DNA of 64,000 nt. Origin: Dictyostelium discoideum. Lineage: Eukaryota. Under the pieces are notes generated by a model, which was given only the letters and a program-made list of their open reading frames with translations, made no database searches and was not told the origin of the DNA. Position numbers and translations under genes: made by a program. This document shows, piece by piece, positions 26,054 to 38,891 of this stretch; the first letter of the stretch is position 1; each line of letters begins with the position of its first letter. The stretch covers positions 1,472,001 to 1,536,000 of the forward strand of contig CM000155.2 in the NCBI GenBank assembly GCA_000004695.1, given 5' to 3'.

Positions 26054-28625
26054 AAATCAACAAGATAAAGAAAAATTTGAAAAACAAAATAATTATAATA
26101 TAAAATTATTAGCAATTGTATTAAGAAAATGGGGTATTACATTAAGTAGATATAGTAGAAGAATGAAAAGTCAATTTTTAATGTCAGAATGGACAAGTGA
26201 TGAAAATATTCAAGTTGAAGAATTATGGAAAGTTTTACATAGTCAATCGATTCAATCATTATTGATAAGTAATAAAATATCGCCATCATTGGTAACACAA
26301 TATCATTTGGCTACGGCATATCATCGTCATGCAATAACATTGAATCAATTTGGATGTCAATCAAAAGAGGAAATCTATGGTTTAATTACAAATTCTTGTA
26401 AAATTTATTATGAAACTTTATTGGAATCATTATCAGATACATTCTTACAGCAACTACAACTTCAACAACAACAACAACCATGGCATGATATTGAATATTA
26501 TAATAATAATGAAATATTTAATGATCAATTTAAATCTAAATCATTAGAGAATTGGGGTAGAGCATTGGATGTTCAATTATCAACCAAATTAAATGATGAA
26601 GAGGAAACCATTGAGAAAGAAGAAGAAGATTTAAATTCAGTCGATGAATATTTAACAACATTTTCAAAATCAGTGTTAAAAGGTGTTACACCATCATTGG
26701 AAGGTGTGGTTTCATTATGTTTAAATTCAAAGCAAGCACTTCAATATAAAGCAATCAATAGTGTCTCTGTTTTATGTAGATCAAGTGAAATTGTAAAATC
26801 ACCAATTTACAATGAACTCATGGATCAAATGACCAAAGTTGAATCATTCGTTTCAAAAAGAGATGATGCTGAATCATTATTATCTCAACAAAAAACTTTG
26901 AAAAGTATGCCACCAAAATTACAAGCATACGTTCGTATGAGTGGTTTAGGTGAAGAAGAAATTATGAGAAATTTTGAAATTGCTTGGAATTCAATTTATT
27001 TCCTAACAAAAGATACAATTCCAAATCAACCAATACCACCAAACTATTATAGATCAAATAAAAAAAATAAATTAAAACAAAGACAATTGAATGATAGTAA
27101 TAATCAAGATGAAAAAGAAGAACCTGAAGAAATTAAACCACCTTTACTACCTTCAATTCATCGTACTAATCAATTAAATAATAATAATAATAATAATAAT
27201 AATATAAATAATAATAATATAAATAATAATAATATAAATAATAATAAAAATGGTAATAGTGGTGGTGAAACTCCATCACCATCATCATCTTTTGTTATTA
27301 CACCTTTTACATCAAATTCACAATCAAAATTTAATACACAAAGACAATTCCTCTCAAATTCAACTTTATTTAATTTATCTAGTAGTGGTATTTTTACTAA
27401 TAATAATAATAATAATAATGGTGGTTCAACTATAACTACTACAACAACCAATAATATATCACCAACTAAAACAAATGGTTGGACTTTAACTTTACCAAGT
27501 AAAGCACCAACTAGAAGAGCAACAGTTTCATTGATTAATATAAATGATTTAATTAATCAGCAACAACAAAATCAAATAAATTCTGTATCAACATTATCAC
27601 AAAATAATATAATATTAAATAATAATAATAATTTAGATAATAAACCAATTTCAAAATATATACCAAATTCAATTATTAGAACAACAGTTAATCCACCATT
27701 ATTATCAAGATGTGATGAAACTATATTTTCAAGTGGTACACCATTACCATTATTTAGGGATAAAATTAAATTGGGTACAGGTGCATTTGGAAATGTATTT
27801 TATGCAATTAGAAAATCAGATTCAAGTCCTGTTGCAATTAAAGTTTTAATGGAACGTACTAAAAAAGATAGTCCAATCATACCTGAACTCTATATTCATA
27901 GTGCTTGTAATCATTCAAATATTGTTACCTACATTGAATCCTATCTATGTAAAGGTCATGTTTGGATCATTTTAGAGTATTGTGATGGTGGTACAGTTAG
28001 AGATTTACTTCAAGCAACTTGTACTCCTGGTAATCCAAATAATTTACAATTGTTTGAAGAGACTTTAATCGCTTATATCATCACAGAGTTATTGGAAGGT
28101 TTGGTTTATTTACGTTCAAAGGGTATCATTCATAGAGATTTAAAGAGTAGAAATATTTTGTTAACTAGAAAGGGTAAAGTAAAGATTGCCGATTTCGGTC
28201 TCGCTACAACTTGTAGTTTAGGTCGTGGTAGAACTCGTATGTGTGGTACCATGGGTAGAATCGCTCCAGAGGTAATTAGAAGAGAACCCTATGACACCCA
28301 ATCTGATATCTATAGTTTGGGTTGTTTAATCATTGAAATGGCTGAAGGTACCGTTCCCTATGGTAAAGATTCCTCTTTGAAAGCATTATTCTATACAGCA
28401 ATCCATCAATATAAATTACCAAATCCTAAAAAGTATACAAAAGAATTTGTAGATTTCCTTTATCTTTGTTTAAATCCTGACCCTTTCAAAAGACCAACAC
28501 CTGAAATGTTACTACATCATACTTTCCTAAGTGGTGCTGATAGAGGTAAATCAATATTATTAGGTCGTTTTAAAAATCAAGATACAAGAAAAAATTTACT
28601 TTTGGATAATTTTGTTGCTTTTTAA
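24951..28625 (+). CDS. Serine/threonine protein kinase with a long low-complexity N-terminal region; single exon, 1224 aa
   Basis: C-terminal kinase domain carries LGTGAFGNVFYA (Gly loop), VAIKVL, HRDLKSRNILL (catalytic loop), DFGLA and GTMGRIAPEV. The N-terminal 900 aa is Asn/Gln/Thr-rich with a PPAPPPPPTEDP proline tract. The ATG follows an A50 tract. Confidence 0.85.
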
Positions 28626-28627
28626 AA

Positions 28628-28661
<34 letters not shown>

Positions 28662-28851
28662 ACCAAAAATAAAAGAAACTAATATTTAATTAAATCAATG
28701 ATCTCATTCTATTTTTAACTGGAGTTTTTTATTATTTTTTTTTGTTTTTTTTATTATTTTTTTTAGTTTTTTATTATTTTTTTTTATTATTTTTTTTTTT
28801 TTTTTTAGTTTTTTTAGTTTTTTTTTTTTATTTTATATTATTTTTTACATA

Positions 28852-29412
28852 ATGGATTTTATTATATCTTTTATCAAAAATTTATTTGGTTTTTTGACAA
28901 TTAAAAAAGTTATGATTTTAGGAGTGGAGAATGTTGGTAAAACTACTTTATTGTATAATATTTACAAATTTTATTCAGAAAATATAACAACAACAACATT
29001 ATCATCATTGCCAATACCAATACCAACAAATGGATTTAATGTTGAAAGTATTGTAATTGAGCAAGTTAAATTTGATATTTGGGATATTGGTGGTAAAGAA
29101 ACTAATAGGATATGTTATAGACACTATTTAACTAGTGAAATTGATTCAATAATATTTGTATTTGATTCGAGTGATATTAATTCATTGGAAGAATCAAAGA
29201 AAGAATATCAATATTTAAAAAATCAAATTAGTTTAAAAAATGTTCCATTTTTATTAGTTGCAAATAAACAGGATTTAAAACAACAAACAATTGAAATAGA
29301 TGAAATTTTAAAAACTTATTTTGATAAATCTTCAATTAATGAAACCATTTTAATGTCTCAAAATAATAATGATGATTTAATAAAGTGTATAAATTGGATT
29401 TTTTCAAATTAA
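28852..29412 (+). CDS. Arf-like (ARL) small GTPase, divergent, 186 aa
   Basis: ILGVENVGKTTLL is the P-loop. WDIGGKE is the Arf-type switch II (WDxGGQ). VANKQDL is the NKxD motif. Arf-like N-terminal amphipathic helix. Confidence 0.7.
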   Translation: MDFIISFIKNLFGFLTIKKVMILGVENVGKTTLLYNIYKFYSENITTTTLSSLPIPIPTNGFNVESIVIEQVKFDIWDIGGKETNRICYRHYLTSEIDSIIFVFDSSDINSLEESKKEYQYLKNQISLKNVPFLLVANKQDLKQQTIEIDEILKTYFDKSSINETILMSQNNNDDLIKCINWIFSN

Positions 29413-29621
29413 AGATAATTAATATTAATTTCCAACAAACAATCATTGAACCCTATCTTTTTTTCAACCAACAATCTAAAATATTATTTAAAAAAAAAAA
29501 AAAAATTAAATTAAATTTATTATAAAAAATTCAAAAACATTTATAATAAATTTTTCAATTAATTTTTTTATTAAACAAAAATTGAATATTGGGTTTATAC
29601 CTTTCCAAAAATTCACAAATC

Positions 29622-29672
<51 letters not shown>

Positions 29673-30578
29673 GGTGGAGCATAAAAAAGGGATTGCAGAG
29701 GTCGGTAATGATATTTTGATTTGTCGTCTTAACCACTAGACTATTAAGGAAGTATCCATAAATTAGAATCGAACTAATGCTTACAAAGTGAATTTAATCG
29801 AAGTAACCCACCTACTCATGCCCTCAAGAAAACAATTCAATTATAATACCTTTTTTTCAACAACCAACTTTCTGATAATTTTAACAAAATAACATTTTTT
29901 TTTTTTTATTTTTTTTTATTGATATTTTATTTTGTTAATTATTTTAGAAATTGAATTTTCCTAATATCTGTATCATTGGTATTTGATAGTTTTTTTTTTT
30001 TTTTTAAAGTTTTATTTGATTAAATATAATGGTGATTTTCTGTGGGATCGATATCACCTAAAAATGATCAAATAAAAATATGGTTCTAATTCTTTAGATT
30101 ATCATTTTTTTTTCCTCAATTTTAATTATTAAACTTTTTTTTATTTGGTTTGTTTTTGGGTGTTGTATTTAATTATTGTTAATATTTATCTATTATTTTT
30201 TTAAAATTCTAAACATATATAATAATAAAAAATAAATACATTAATTTTAAAATTAATTTCTTTTGATTGACCGTTAATCAAAAGAAACAATGATTTACAT
30301 TGTAATCAATCACATAACTTGTAAACCAAAGTTTTTTAAAACAAATAAATAATAAAAAAAAAATAAATAAAAAATAAAAAAAAATAAAAATGTAAATGAA
30401 TATAAAATAATATTTTCTTTTTTAAAAAAAGGAACACCATGGATGAATTATTTTGAAGATAATATTTTTTGGAGATTTGATGTATGAACTATTTATTATT
30501 TATTATTTATTTTTATTTTTTATGTTTATTTTTTTTTTAATGTTAAAAACAAAAAAATTAAAATTCAACAAGAACAAT

Positions 30579-32973
30579 TTATTTCTTAGAACTAATACAT
30601 GATTTACATATTATTGTTTGGCCATTACTAGCTAACTGTTTAAATTTATCTTTGTCGATTTGAAAATCTTTTTTACATTTTGGACAGTTTAGTTTTTTAT
30701 CATTGCTTTTTTGATCATTTTGTTTGTTGGATTTACATGATTTACATATTATTGTTTGACCATTTTTAGCTAAATCTTTAAATTTATCTTTGTTGATTTG
30801 GAAATCATTTTTACATGTTGGACAGTTTAGTTTTTTATCACTGCTTTTTGGATCATTTTGTTTAGCTAATTTATCAGTTACATTTGAATTTGAATCGACT
30901 TGTTTATTGGATTTACATGATTTACATATTATTGTTTGACCATTTTTTGCTAAATCTTTAAATTTATCTTTATTCATATGGAAATCTTTTTTACATGTTG
31001 GACAGTTTAGTTTTTTGTCACTGCTGTCTGGATCATTTTGTTTGTTGGATTTACATGATTTGCATATTATTGTTTGACCATTTTTTGCTAAATCTCTAAA
31101 TTTATCTTTATTGATATGGAAATCATTTTTACATGTTGGACAGTTTAGTTTTTTATCACTGCTCTTTGGATCATTTTGTTTAGCTAATTTATCAGTTACA
31201 TTTGAATTTGAATTCTTTGAAGTATGACATGATTTACATTTTATTAGTTGACCAAGTTTCTTTAGTTCTTCATATTTGTCTTTGTTAAAATCAAAATTAT
31301 TTTTACAAGATGGACACTTTAGTGTTTTTAAACTACCACCATTTAAATTGGCTTGTTGTTGGTTTGAGTCTTTAGTTGGATTTGAATCTTGTTTTTGTTG
31401 AGCTGAATCGACGTATTGTTTTTTAGAATTATCATTTTTAATTTTTGATTCATCAATGGTGATGTTTTTCTTTTTTGTTTTTAATGACTCTTCTTTATTT
31501 AATTTATCACAGATCTCTCTAATGGTTCTAATCATTTCATCGGCCGATTTTCTGGCATCGAATGAAGTTGAGTTTTTAGCTTCCATTTCCATTTGATTTA
31601 AAGTAATTTGAAGTTCATCAACTAAATTAAAACCACTACAAATTTTTTTCAATTCTTTACAAGATTTTACAATATCATCGGTCATTTTATTCAAAGTGGC
31701 ACTGGCTAATTTCTTTGCTGAATCAAGATTGAGAATTTTTCCTGAAAATTCGGAAGAGAGTTCAGAGCTTTTTAAAAACTTTTCCTTCATATCTGTGAGT
31801 TCTTGCTCAACTGTCTTATTAACTTTAACCATTGTTTTTCTTCCATGATAATGAACATTGTAAAGGCACTTTGAAGGACAAATTTTGCAATTATTGGTTC
31901 CACTCATTGCTACACAACCTATGAATGCATTATCCCCTTTTGTTGATAGCTCTTCTAAGCCACCTTTTAAATGATAAAATTTATTAATAATTATTTAAAA
32001 AATAAATTAAATTATAAAATTACTTACATTTATTATGACAAACATGGTCACAAGTACTACATAGGGTACTATGATATGGTGCATCTTTTAATTCATACTT
32101 TTCAATTGTATTTTTTGTTGTATAATTTTTAAATGATTCTTTATCATTATTTGCCTTTTCCAATTGATGTTGATACTGAGATAAAGAATCTTGAAGCTTT
32201 TGAAGATTTCCAATATCTGTTTTTGCTTTATGAAGAATTGATTTAATGTTGTGTCTATGGGCTTTCATTTCTCCAAAATCTTTGGTTGAAACTGATGACA
32301 TCTTTGTTACACATTCAAGGATTCTATCTAAAGTTTGGAAAGAAAGTTTGAATTCAAGTTTTAATGATTCAACTGAAGTTGGGTCCCATAGTTTTGGATC
32401 AGTACTGAATGCAGTATTATTCATATGAAATACATATTCTGGATTAACATTTATTTCAATTGAATTAATATCAAAGTTTCTTGTATGGCTAAGACAGTTG
32501 GTAAACACAATGAAAACATTATTTAAAAGAGAATCAGGAATTGAACCACGGAGTCTTGTAATAACATTTTGAAGGTTAATTGTCATTCTTGGAACTGTAC
32601 CATTTACTACAATTAATAGAGCGGACAAACTTGGGCAACTTTCTGCAGCATCAATAATTTTTCCAATATTGATATCATCTTGTTTAATACCACGTGTATC
32701 TGATAAACCTGGAGTATCAATAAATACAAATTCTTTGGAGTCTTTTTTAAATGAATATTCATTACAAAGATCAGTTTGACTTTTTGTTCTATCTTTTGAA
32801 TCATTTTCACTTGACTTTACGTTTTGATTTGAATTTATAAATTTGGTGCCAATTGAAACTTTAATTTTATCTGGAATTTCTCCATTTAAAAAATAATTGG
32901 TTATTGTATTAATTAATGTAGATTTTCCACATCCAGTTTCACCAATAACAAGCAATGAAAATTTGTTTGACAT
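30579..32973 (-). CDS. AIG1/GIMAP-type P-loop GTPase fused to a coiled coil and five tandem CxxC...CxxC zinc-ribbon repeats; 2 exons (32973..32020, about 31970..30579), about 780 aa
   Basis: Exon 1 has LLVIGETGCGKSTLIN (G1), FIDTPGLSD (the AIG1-type DTPGL switch II) and LLIVVNG. It ends CSTCDHVCHNKCK at a GTAAGT donor. Exon 2 continues in frame: ...GGLEELSTKGDNAFIGCVAMSGTNNCKICPSKC. It then has five units of about 48 aa, KKLNCPTCKNDF[HQ]INKDKF[KR]DLAKNGQTIICKSCKSNKQ. These units are about 144 nt each and nearly identical at the DNA level. Confidence 0.7.
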
Positions 32974-33800
32974 TTTATTTTATATGATGTTGATGAAGAA
33001 AAGAAAAAATATTGTGAATAAAAAAAAAAAAAAATTGTTTAATAAAAAGAAAAAAAAAAAAAATTCTTCACAAAATCTTTCAAATTTTTTTTTTTTTTAA
33101 AAAATTAAGTTTTGTAATTTTGTGCCCCATCTAAATCTTTAACAAACCAAAAAAAAAAAAAAAAAAAAATTTATTATTGGGTGAAATATTTTTTAATGGG
33201 TTTCTTTGGGACTCCAATGAAAAGTATAACAGTAATTAAAAAAATGCATAAATTTTTTTTTATTTTTTTTTTTCCTTTTGAGATTTTGTTTTTCACTAAC
33301 CAGATTTTAAATTTTTATCTGTAAAAAAAAAAAAAAAATGAAAAAAAAAAAATATCCAATTAATTTTTTCTTAAAAAAAAAAAAAAATTATATCCAATAA
33401 ATTTTTTCTAATAAAAAAAAAAAATAAAGATCAATTTTAAATAATAATTCAATTATAAAAAAAAAAAAAAATTTAATACTTTTTAGTATTAGTAACCTAT
33501 CAAACAGCTTTCTTAAAAATCATAATAGAATTTTGGTTGTCATTGATAGATTTTAAAATTTCTTCATATGTTGTTGAAGTGTTTTTGGATGCATTTTGTA
33601 CTGAATACTTCAAAGTTCCCCATAAAATGATTGAATTGACCAATCATATATTAAACAATATTGATCTTTATTTTAAATTCTTTTTTTAATATTTGGATGG
33701 GATTAGCCCTATTATAAATAAAAAACTAATTTAATTGATAAGTAATTTAATCATTTATAATTTTTTTTTTTTTTTTTTTATACCCTGGTTGGGTTATTTT

Positions 33801-33852
<52 letters not shown>

Positions 33853-34514
33853 TCTTAATCTGTTTTTATTATTTTTTGTTATTTTAAATCTTTTATAAGT
33901 TTTTTTTTATTTTTTTTTTATTTTTTTTTATTTTTTTTTTTTAATTTCTAAAAATTAATATGGATAATGGATTGATCAGTCTATTATTTTTTTTCTATTG
34001 CAGTTTTAATATTAACTTTATCTAAAATTGTTTGAAAAATATCAAATAATTCGTCATAAAACAATTCAAAGTTTTCTTTAATTGCAAAAAATAAATCTAC
34101 TTGATAATGAAAATTAAAATTTTTTTTGATATCATTTAATTTTCTTATTGCTTTTTCATCATATTGCGATAAAATTGTTTTTGAAATAATTAAAATAAAT
34201 GTAATATGTTGGAGCCCTTCTTTTGAATTTTTAGAATTAAAGTTTGAAATTTGTGAATTTAATTTGGAAAAACAATCATATTCATCCCACTCTGTGTTAT
34301 ATAAATCCAAAATAAAAATTACAAATTGTGAACAATATTTTGAATGAATTGAAAATTTTGATTTTTGATTTCAGACTGAACCATTTTCATTATTTTCTAT
34401 GACATTAAACACCGATTCTGGGGTTGATAATTTTTTAAAATAATCTTCAAAAAATGGTTTACCTACTTGAACATCCTCAAGACCAAATAATGAAATTTGA
34501 ATTTTTTTTAATTT

Positions 34515-35262
34515 TTATAAAATATCATTTGATATTGGTGGTTCAGGAGTAATATTTTGTAATTTAACCATTTGGCCAGTCAATAGTTTTAAACTTGAAA
34601 AATTAATTTCCATAACTTTGCAATGTGTTATAAACAAAGCAAAATTTTCAATACCAAGTAAATTTGTTGCTTTTAATGTTTCTAATTTTGGTAAAATTAA
34701 AATTAAATCTTTTTGTTGATTAAAATCATAATTCTTTACATTCGAAAAACCAATATCTAAATATTTTAAACTATTTTTAAAGTTTGAGTTTATGAAATCA
34801 ATAATATTATTATAGTTTTGAATTGTTAAAGTATCTTTTAAAGTCAATCTTTGTAAATGTGAACTTTCAACCAAAAAACAATTTAATTTTGAACAATTTG
34901 TAATATTTAATTCAACTAAATGATTTGCTTTAATTTTTATAGTTGATAATTTTGAACAATCTTGAAAACTTAAATGAGTTAAAACTGGGAATTCCATTAA
35001 ACTGAATATATTTGAAAGATCAACAAATGAAATACAATTTACTAAATTTATTTTTGATAGATTTGAAAAATTAAATGTCGACTTTAAAATTGATGAATTA
35101 AAGATACTACTATTTAAAATGTTTAAAATATAAAGTTTTGGTTTTTTTAATTTTAATGATTTAAAAAATATAGTTTCTTCTTGAGGTGTTATTATTGAGA
35201 AATCTGTATTATTAAATAATTTTTCTAAAACTCCTTCATTTATAATTTCATTGAGCTTGTTG
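34515..35262 (-). CDS. Leucine-rich-repeat protein (partial model; upstream exons not resolved; ORF 33984..34310 may be a downstream exon or remnant)
   Basis: Open frame from about 35262 to 34515. It contains LRR-like L..L.L..C/N units: LTHLSFQDCSKLSTIKIKANHLVELNITNCSKLNCFLVESSHLQRLTLKDT. No in-frame ATG occurs before M at 34997. A stop lies between 34515 and the 34310 ORF. Confidence 0.4.
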
Positions 35263-35510
35263 AAAGTTTATATATTTTTTTTTTTATATGGTATAAGGGT
35301 GGGAATTTTATTATATTTTTTCAAGTTTTATAATTTATTTTTTTAAATATTAATAAAATAGAATTAAAAACATTACTGGTACCAGTAATACTATTTTTTA
35401 AAATAAAAAAATATTAAATTAATAAATAAATTCATTAAAAAAAAAAAAAAAAAAAAAAAATAAATTAAAAAAATAAATATTGTAAATAACTTCTCAAACT
35501 AGCTTCTTTT

Positions 35511-35610
35511 GTTGTAGGGAATTTTCCATAAAATTTCACTACAGTAGCGTAGTGAATTTTATTATTTAATTTCACTACAGTAGCGTAGTGAAAAAAAAAA
35601 ATCACTGACC
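35511..35610. repeat. Left terminal inverted repeat of the Tdd-4-like element; it carries an internal 2x direct subrepeat ttcactacagtagcgtagtga
   Basis: Exact reverse-complement match to 38892..38991. Confidence 0.85.
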
Positions 35611-35712
35611 TTAAATTTTTTTTTTTTTCAAAAAACAAATAAAGTTTATTAAATTGAAATTTTATTTTTTGTTTTAATTATTATTTTATTTATTTTTATT
35701 AAAAATAATGGT

Positions 35713-35745
<33 letters not shown>

Positions 35746-36520
35746 CAATTTTTTTTTTTTAAATTTTTTTCAATTTTTATTTGTTTATTAAATTGTAATT
35801 TTATTTTTTGTTTTAATTATTATTTTATTTATTATTATTGTTAATTTTTTTTTTTTTTCAATTTTTTTTTTTTTAATTTATTTTTATTAATTTATTTTTA
35901 TTAACTCCCTGAGTTGTTCAATTGCTTGATTTACCATATCACTGTAAACACTGCACACAATTGAATTTTTTCTAGCTTTGTTACCTCTGGTGCATTTGAT
36001 GTTTTTGCATTTTCCTTTGTATACAAAAAAGTCCAAATATAATTCGTTTTCTATTACAGTTTTTACACAATGTTGGTGAAATTGTTTTGATTTTAATTCT
36101 AATGCTTCTAACATCATATTTGAATTTTTAACGATTAAAGCATCACCACTATTTACATATAGTACTTTGGCTGCTTTTTCGAGGAATTTAGTCAAATTTT
36201 CCTCTGAATCTAACTATTCTTCATTGCCATATTCAATGGCTAAATTTCTTAAGAGTTTTATCGAATCTATTAATTCTTCGATCATTCTTTTTTTTTGAAA
36301 TTTTTTTTTATTTTGTTTTTTCAATTTTTTTTTTTTATTTTGTTTTTTCAATTTTTTTTAAGTTTTATTTTTTTTTATTTTTTTTTATTTTTTTTAACAA
36401 ATGTAATTTTTTTTTATTTTTTTCAATTTTTTTTTTTTTTAATTTTTAATTTTTTTTTTTTTTTTTAATTTTTTGTGTTGATTTGTGTTTTTTTTGTTTT
36501 TTTGATTTGGCCACTTGTTT

Positions 36521-38652
36521 TTATTTTCTAATTTCCCCATACCCCCTTCTATTAATTGCAACCAAATCAAGTTCTAATTTTTGTGTCCTTGTTGACTTTG
36601 TTTTTGCAACTTTTTTTGAAGGTATCACATTAACGATTTTTCCTATTGATGGTGATTTGGAAGGTGATTTAAATGGTGATTTAAATGGTGAATTGGAAGG
36701 TGATTTAAATGGTGAATTGGAAGGTGAAATGGATGGTGATTTGGAAGGTAATTTAAATGGTGATTTGGAAGGTGATTTAAATGGTGATTTAAATGGTGAA
36801 TTGGAAGGTGAAATGGATGTTGATTTGAGAGGTGATTTGGATGTTGATTTGAGAGGTGATTTGGATGGTTTAGAATGTGATTTTAAAGGAGGTTTATTAA
36901 CAATTGGTATCTTATGAGGACGGCCTCTGAGACGTTTAACAGTTGTTACTATACCACTACCAGATTGTGGTATAGTATATGATGGTATTATTTGCACTTG
37001 AGGTATTGGTGGTACTATTTCTTTTAAATTCATATCCTTTCTCAAACAATTCATTAAATTTGGCGCTGTTGGATTATTATTTAAAAATGGGAGTATTTCT
37101 TCTTGTTCCATTTCATTATTGAGTTTGTGTTGAAATGGATTATCGTTAATGATAGGTGGAATATTTGATGGATTGTTAAGAGCATCTTCCAAAACCCTAA
37201 ATGGATCATTTTGTGTTACCAATTGATGCAAGTTGAAATTGGATAAATCCTTACCAAGATTTTTAATAAACTGAACCAGAAATTCAATAACTTTCCCATC
37301 ATTATTTAAATAAAGACCAGAAGTAAAAGAATCAATATCTTTTTGTATGTTTGGCGATGTTCTAAAAATATCAACTGTTGATTGTTTATAAAGAACCAAC
37401 TTGTTACCTCCTACAAAACCAGAGTATAAACCTTTTTTTTGAAGGCTATTGATTCCATCTTCCAAAAATTCAAGTTTATAAAGTTGTTTAGTGTCTTCCT
37501 GTATTACCTTATGAATTTTACACAAAATCAATATTTTCTATTAGAATTAAATATAAAATTTGTTAATTATTACTGTTTCATATATTATTAATCTTTATGT
37601 TTTAATTACTTACATTATTTTTTTTAATTTCTAGAAAGAGTACAGTATCACCAACTTTCAATCCCTTTGGTGGTTTTGAATTCCATTGATTTTGGTAACT
37701 TGTGAGATTTTCAAGAATAATAGCTGTTATTTCTTCTTTTGAAACATCTGAAACACCAATTGATTGAGAGTCTTGTTCTGATTGCACATTAATAAACAAA
37801 GGTACAATACCAACAGCTTGAGATGGTGTCATTTTAATTGTTCTTGTTTTTGTATTATTGTAATCATACAAAGCTTGTTTTAATAGTTCAGAAAGAGACC
37901 TAGAAGTACCATCAAGAAAACTAAAATTTATTTATAAATGATTAATTAATAAACATATCGATAATTTATATTGTTCAAAATATCATACTCTTGTTGTTTT
38001 AATTTTGAGATCCTCTCCTTGATAGTTCGATTCAATCTTTCTACCATACCTTGAGTTGTTGGTGTACGAGGAGCTCCATGTGCTGACTTGGAGCCTGGAA
38101 AAAGTTTTAGGAATTCTTTTTGGACTTTGTTTTTAAATTCACGTCCATTATCGCAGTGCCATACTTTCACAGAGTTTTAATATAAAAGTTACAAAACATC
38201 ATATAAAAAATGATTGATACCAAACCTTTTATTCTATTTCGTTGGCAAATGTCACACGTATCTACTGCATCAGATACAAAAGAATACAATCCCATATTAT
38301 AATATTTAGTCTTGTAGTTCCCATAGGTTGCATCTCTTCCTATATGACCTTTATGCATTTCTTCCCAGAGTGATACCATTCTATAATCATTAATTACTTC
38401 TAAACACACTTCTTTTGATATATTTCTATCTCCGCCACAATTCATGACTTTTTTTTCAATTCTAAATAATTTTTCTTTTCTGTTTCTGTTTTTTATTGGT
38501 CAGAATTTAAAAAATGATTGTGTTATGGTAAGGAAAAATATTTACTCATCATGTAAAAATTTATAATTTTTATGTTTAGTATTTTCAAAATTATTATCTT
38601 CAATAAATTTTAAATAATTTATAATTTCATTTATTTTATCTTGTTTCATTTT
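36521..38652 (-). CDS. Transposase/integrase of the Tdd-4-like element, multi-exon. It has an HHCC zinc finger, a DDE (rve) core, and a C-terminal AT-hook plus (SPxK)n tail
   Basis: Exon 38652..38548, MKQDKINEIINYLKFIEDNNFENTKHKNYKFLHDE, ends at a GTAAAT donor. An exon with HKGHIGRDATY...CDICQRNR (H-H-C-C) follows. A GT..AG intron lies at about 38219..38167. Next comes WHCDNGREFKNK...GAPRTPTTQGMVERLNRTIK, the integrase core with the conserved E. Then ORF 37602..37871. Then ORF 36521..37531 with RLRGRPHK (AT-hook) and KSPLKSTSKSPLKSTSISPSNSPFKSPFK repeats. Confidence 0.6.
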
Positions 38653-38891
38653 GGGAAAATGAAAATAAAAAAAAAAAAAAAAAAAAAAAAAGTTTTGTTG
38701 GGGAAAAAAAAAAAAAATTTTGGCGCAAAAAAAAAAAAAAAAAATAAAATAAAAAAAAAAAAAAATTAAATTAAAAAAAAAAAATTAAAAAACTTTAATA
38801 GAACTTATAATCAAATAAAAGATAATAATTTAATAAACTTTATTTGTTTTTTGAAAAAAAAAAAAATTTAGGGTCAGTGATTTTTTTTTTT

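Noticed and set aside
29640-29830. tRNA gene call
   Set aside because: D-arm-like and T-arm-like hairpins are present, but in the wrong order for a single tRNA. No acceptor-stem pairing could be found. It is kept only as a finding for checking.
33984-34310. Separate gene call for the 108-aa ORF
   Set aside because: It has no start context or domain. It is probably a downstream exon or remnant of the LRR gene, so it is folded into that note.
36483-36917. + strand ORF with (GDLNGELEGD)n repeats
   Set aside because: It is antisense to the (SPxK)n coding repeat of the transposase, which gives a periodic mirror ORF.
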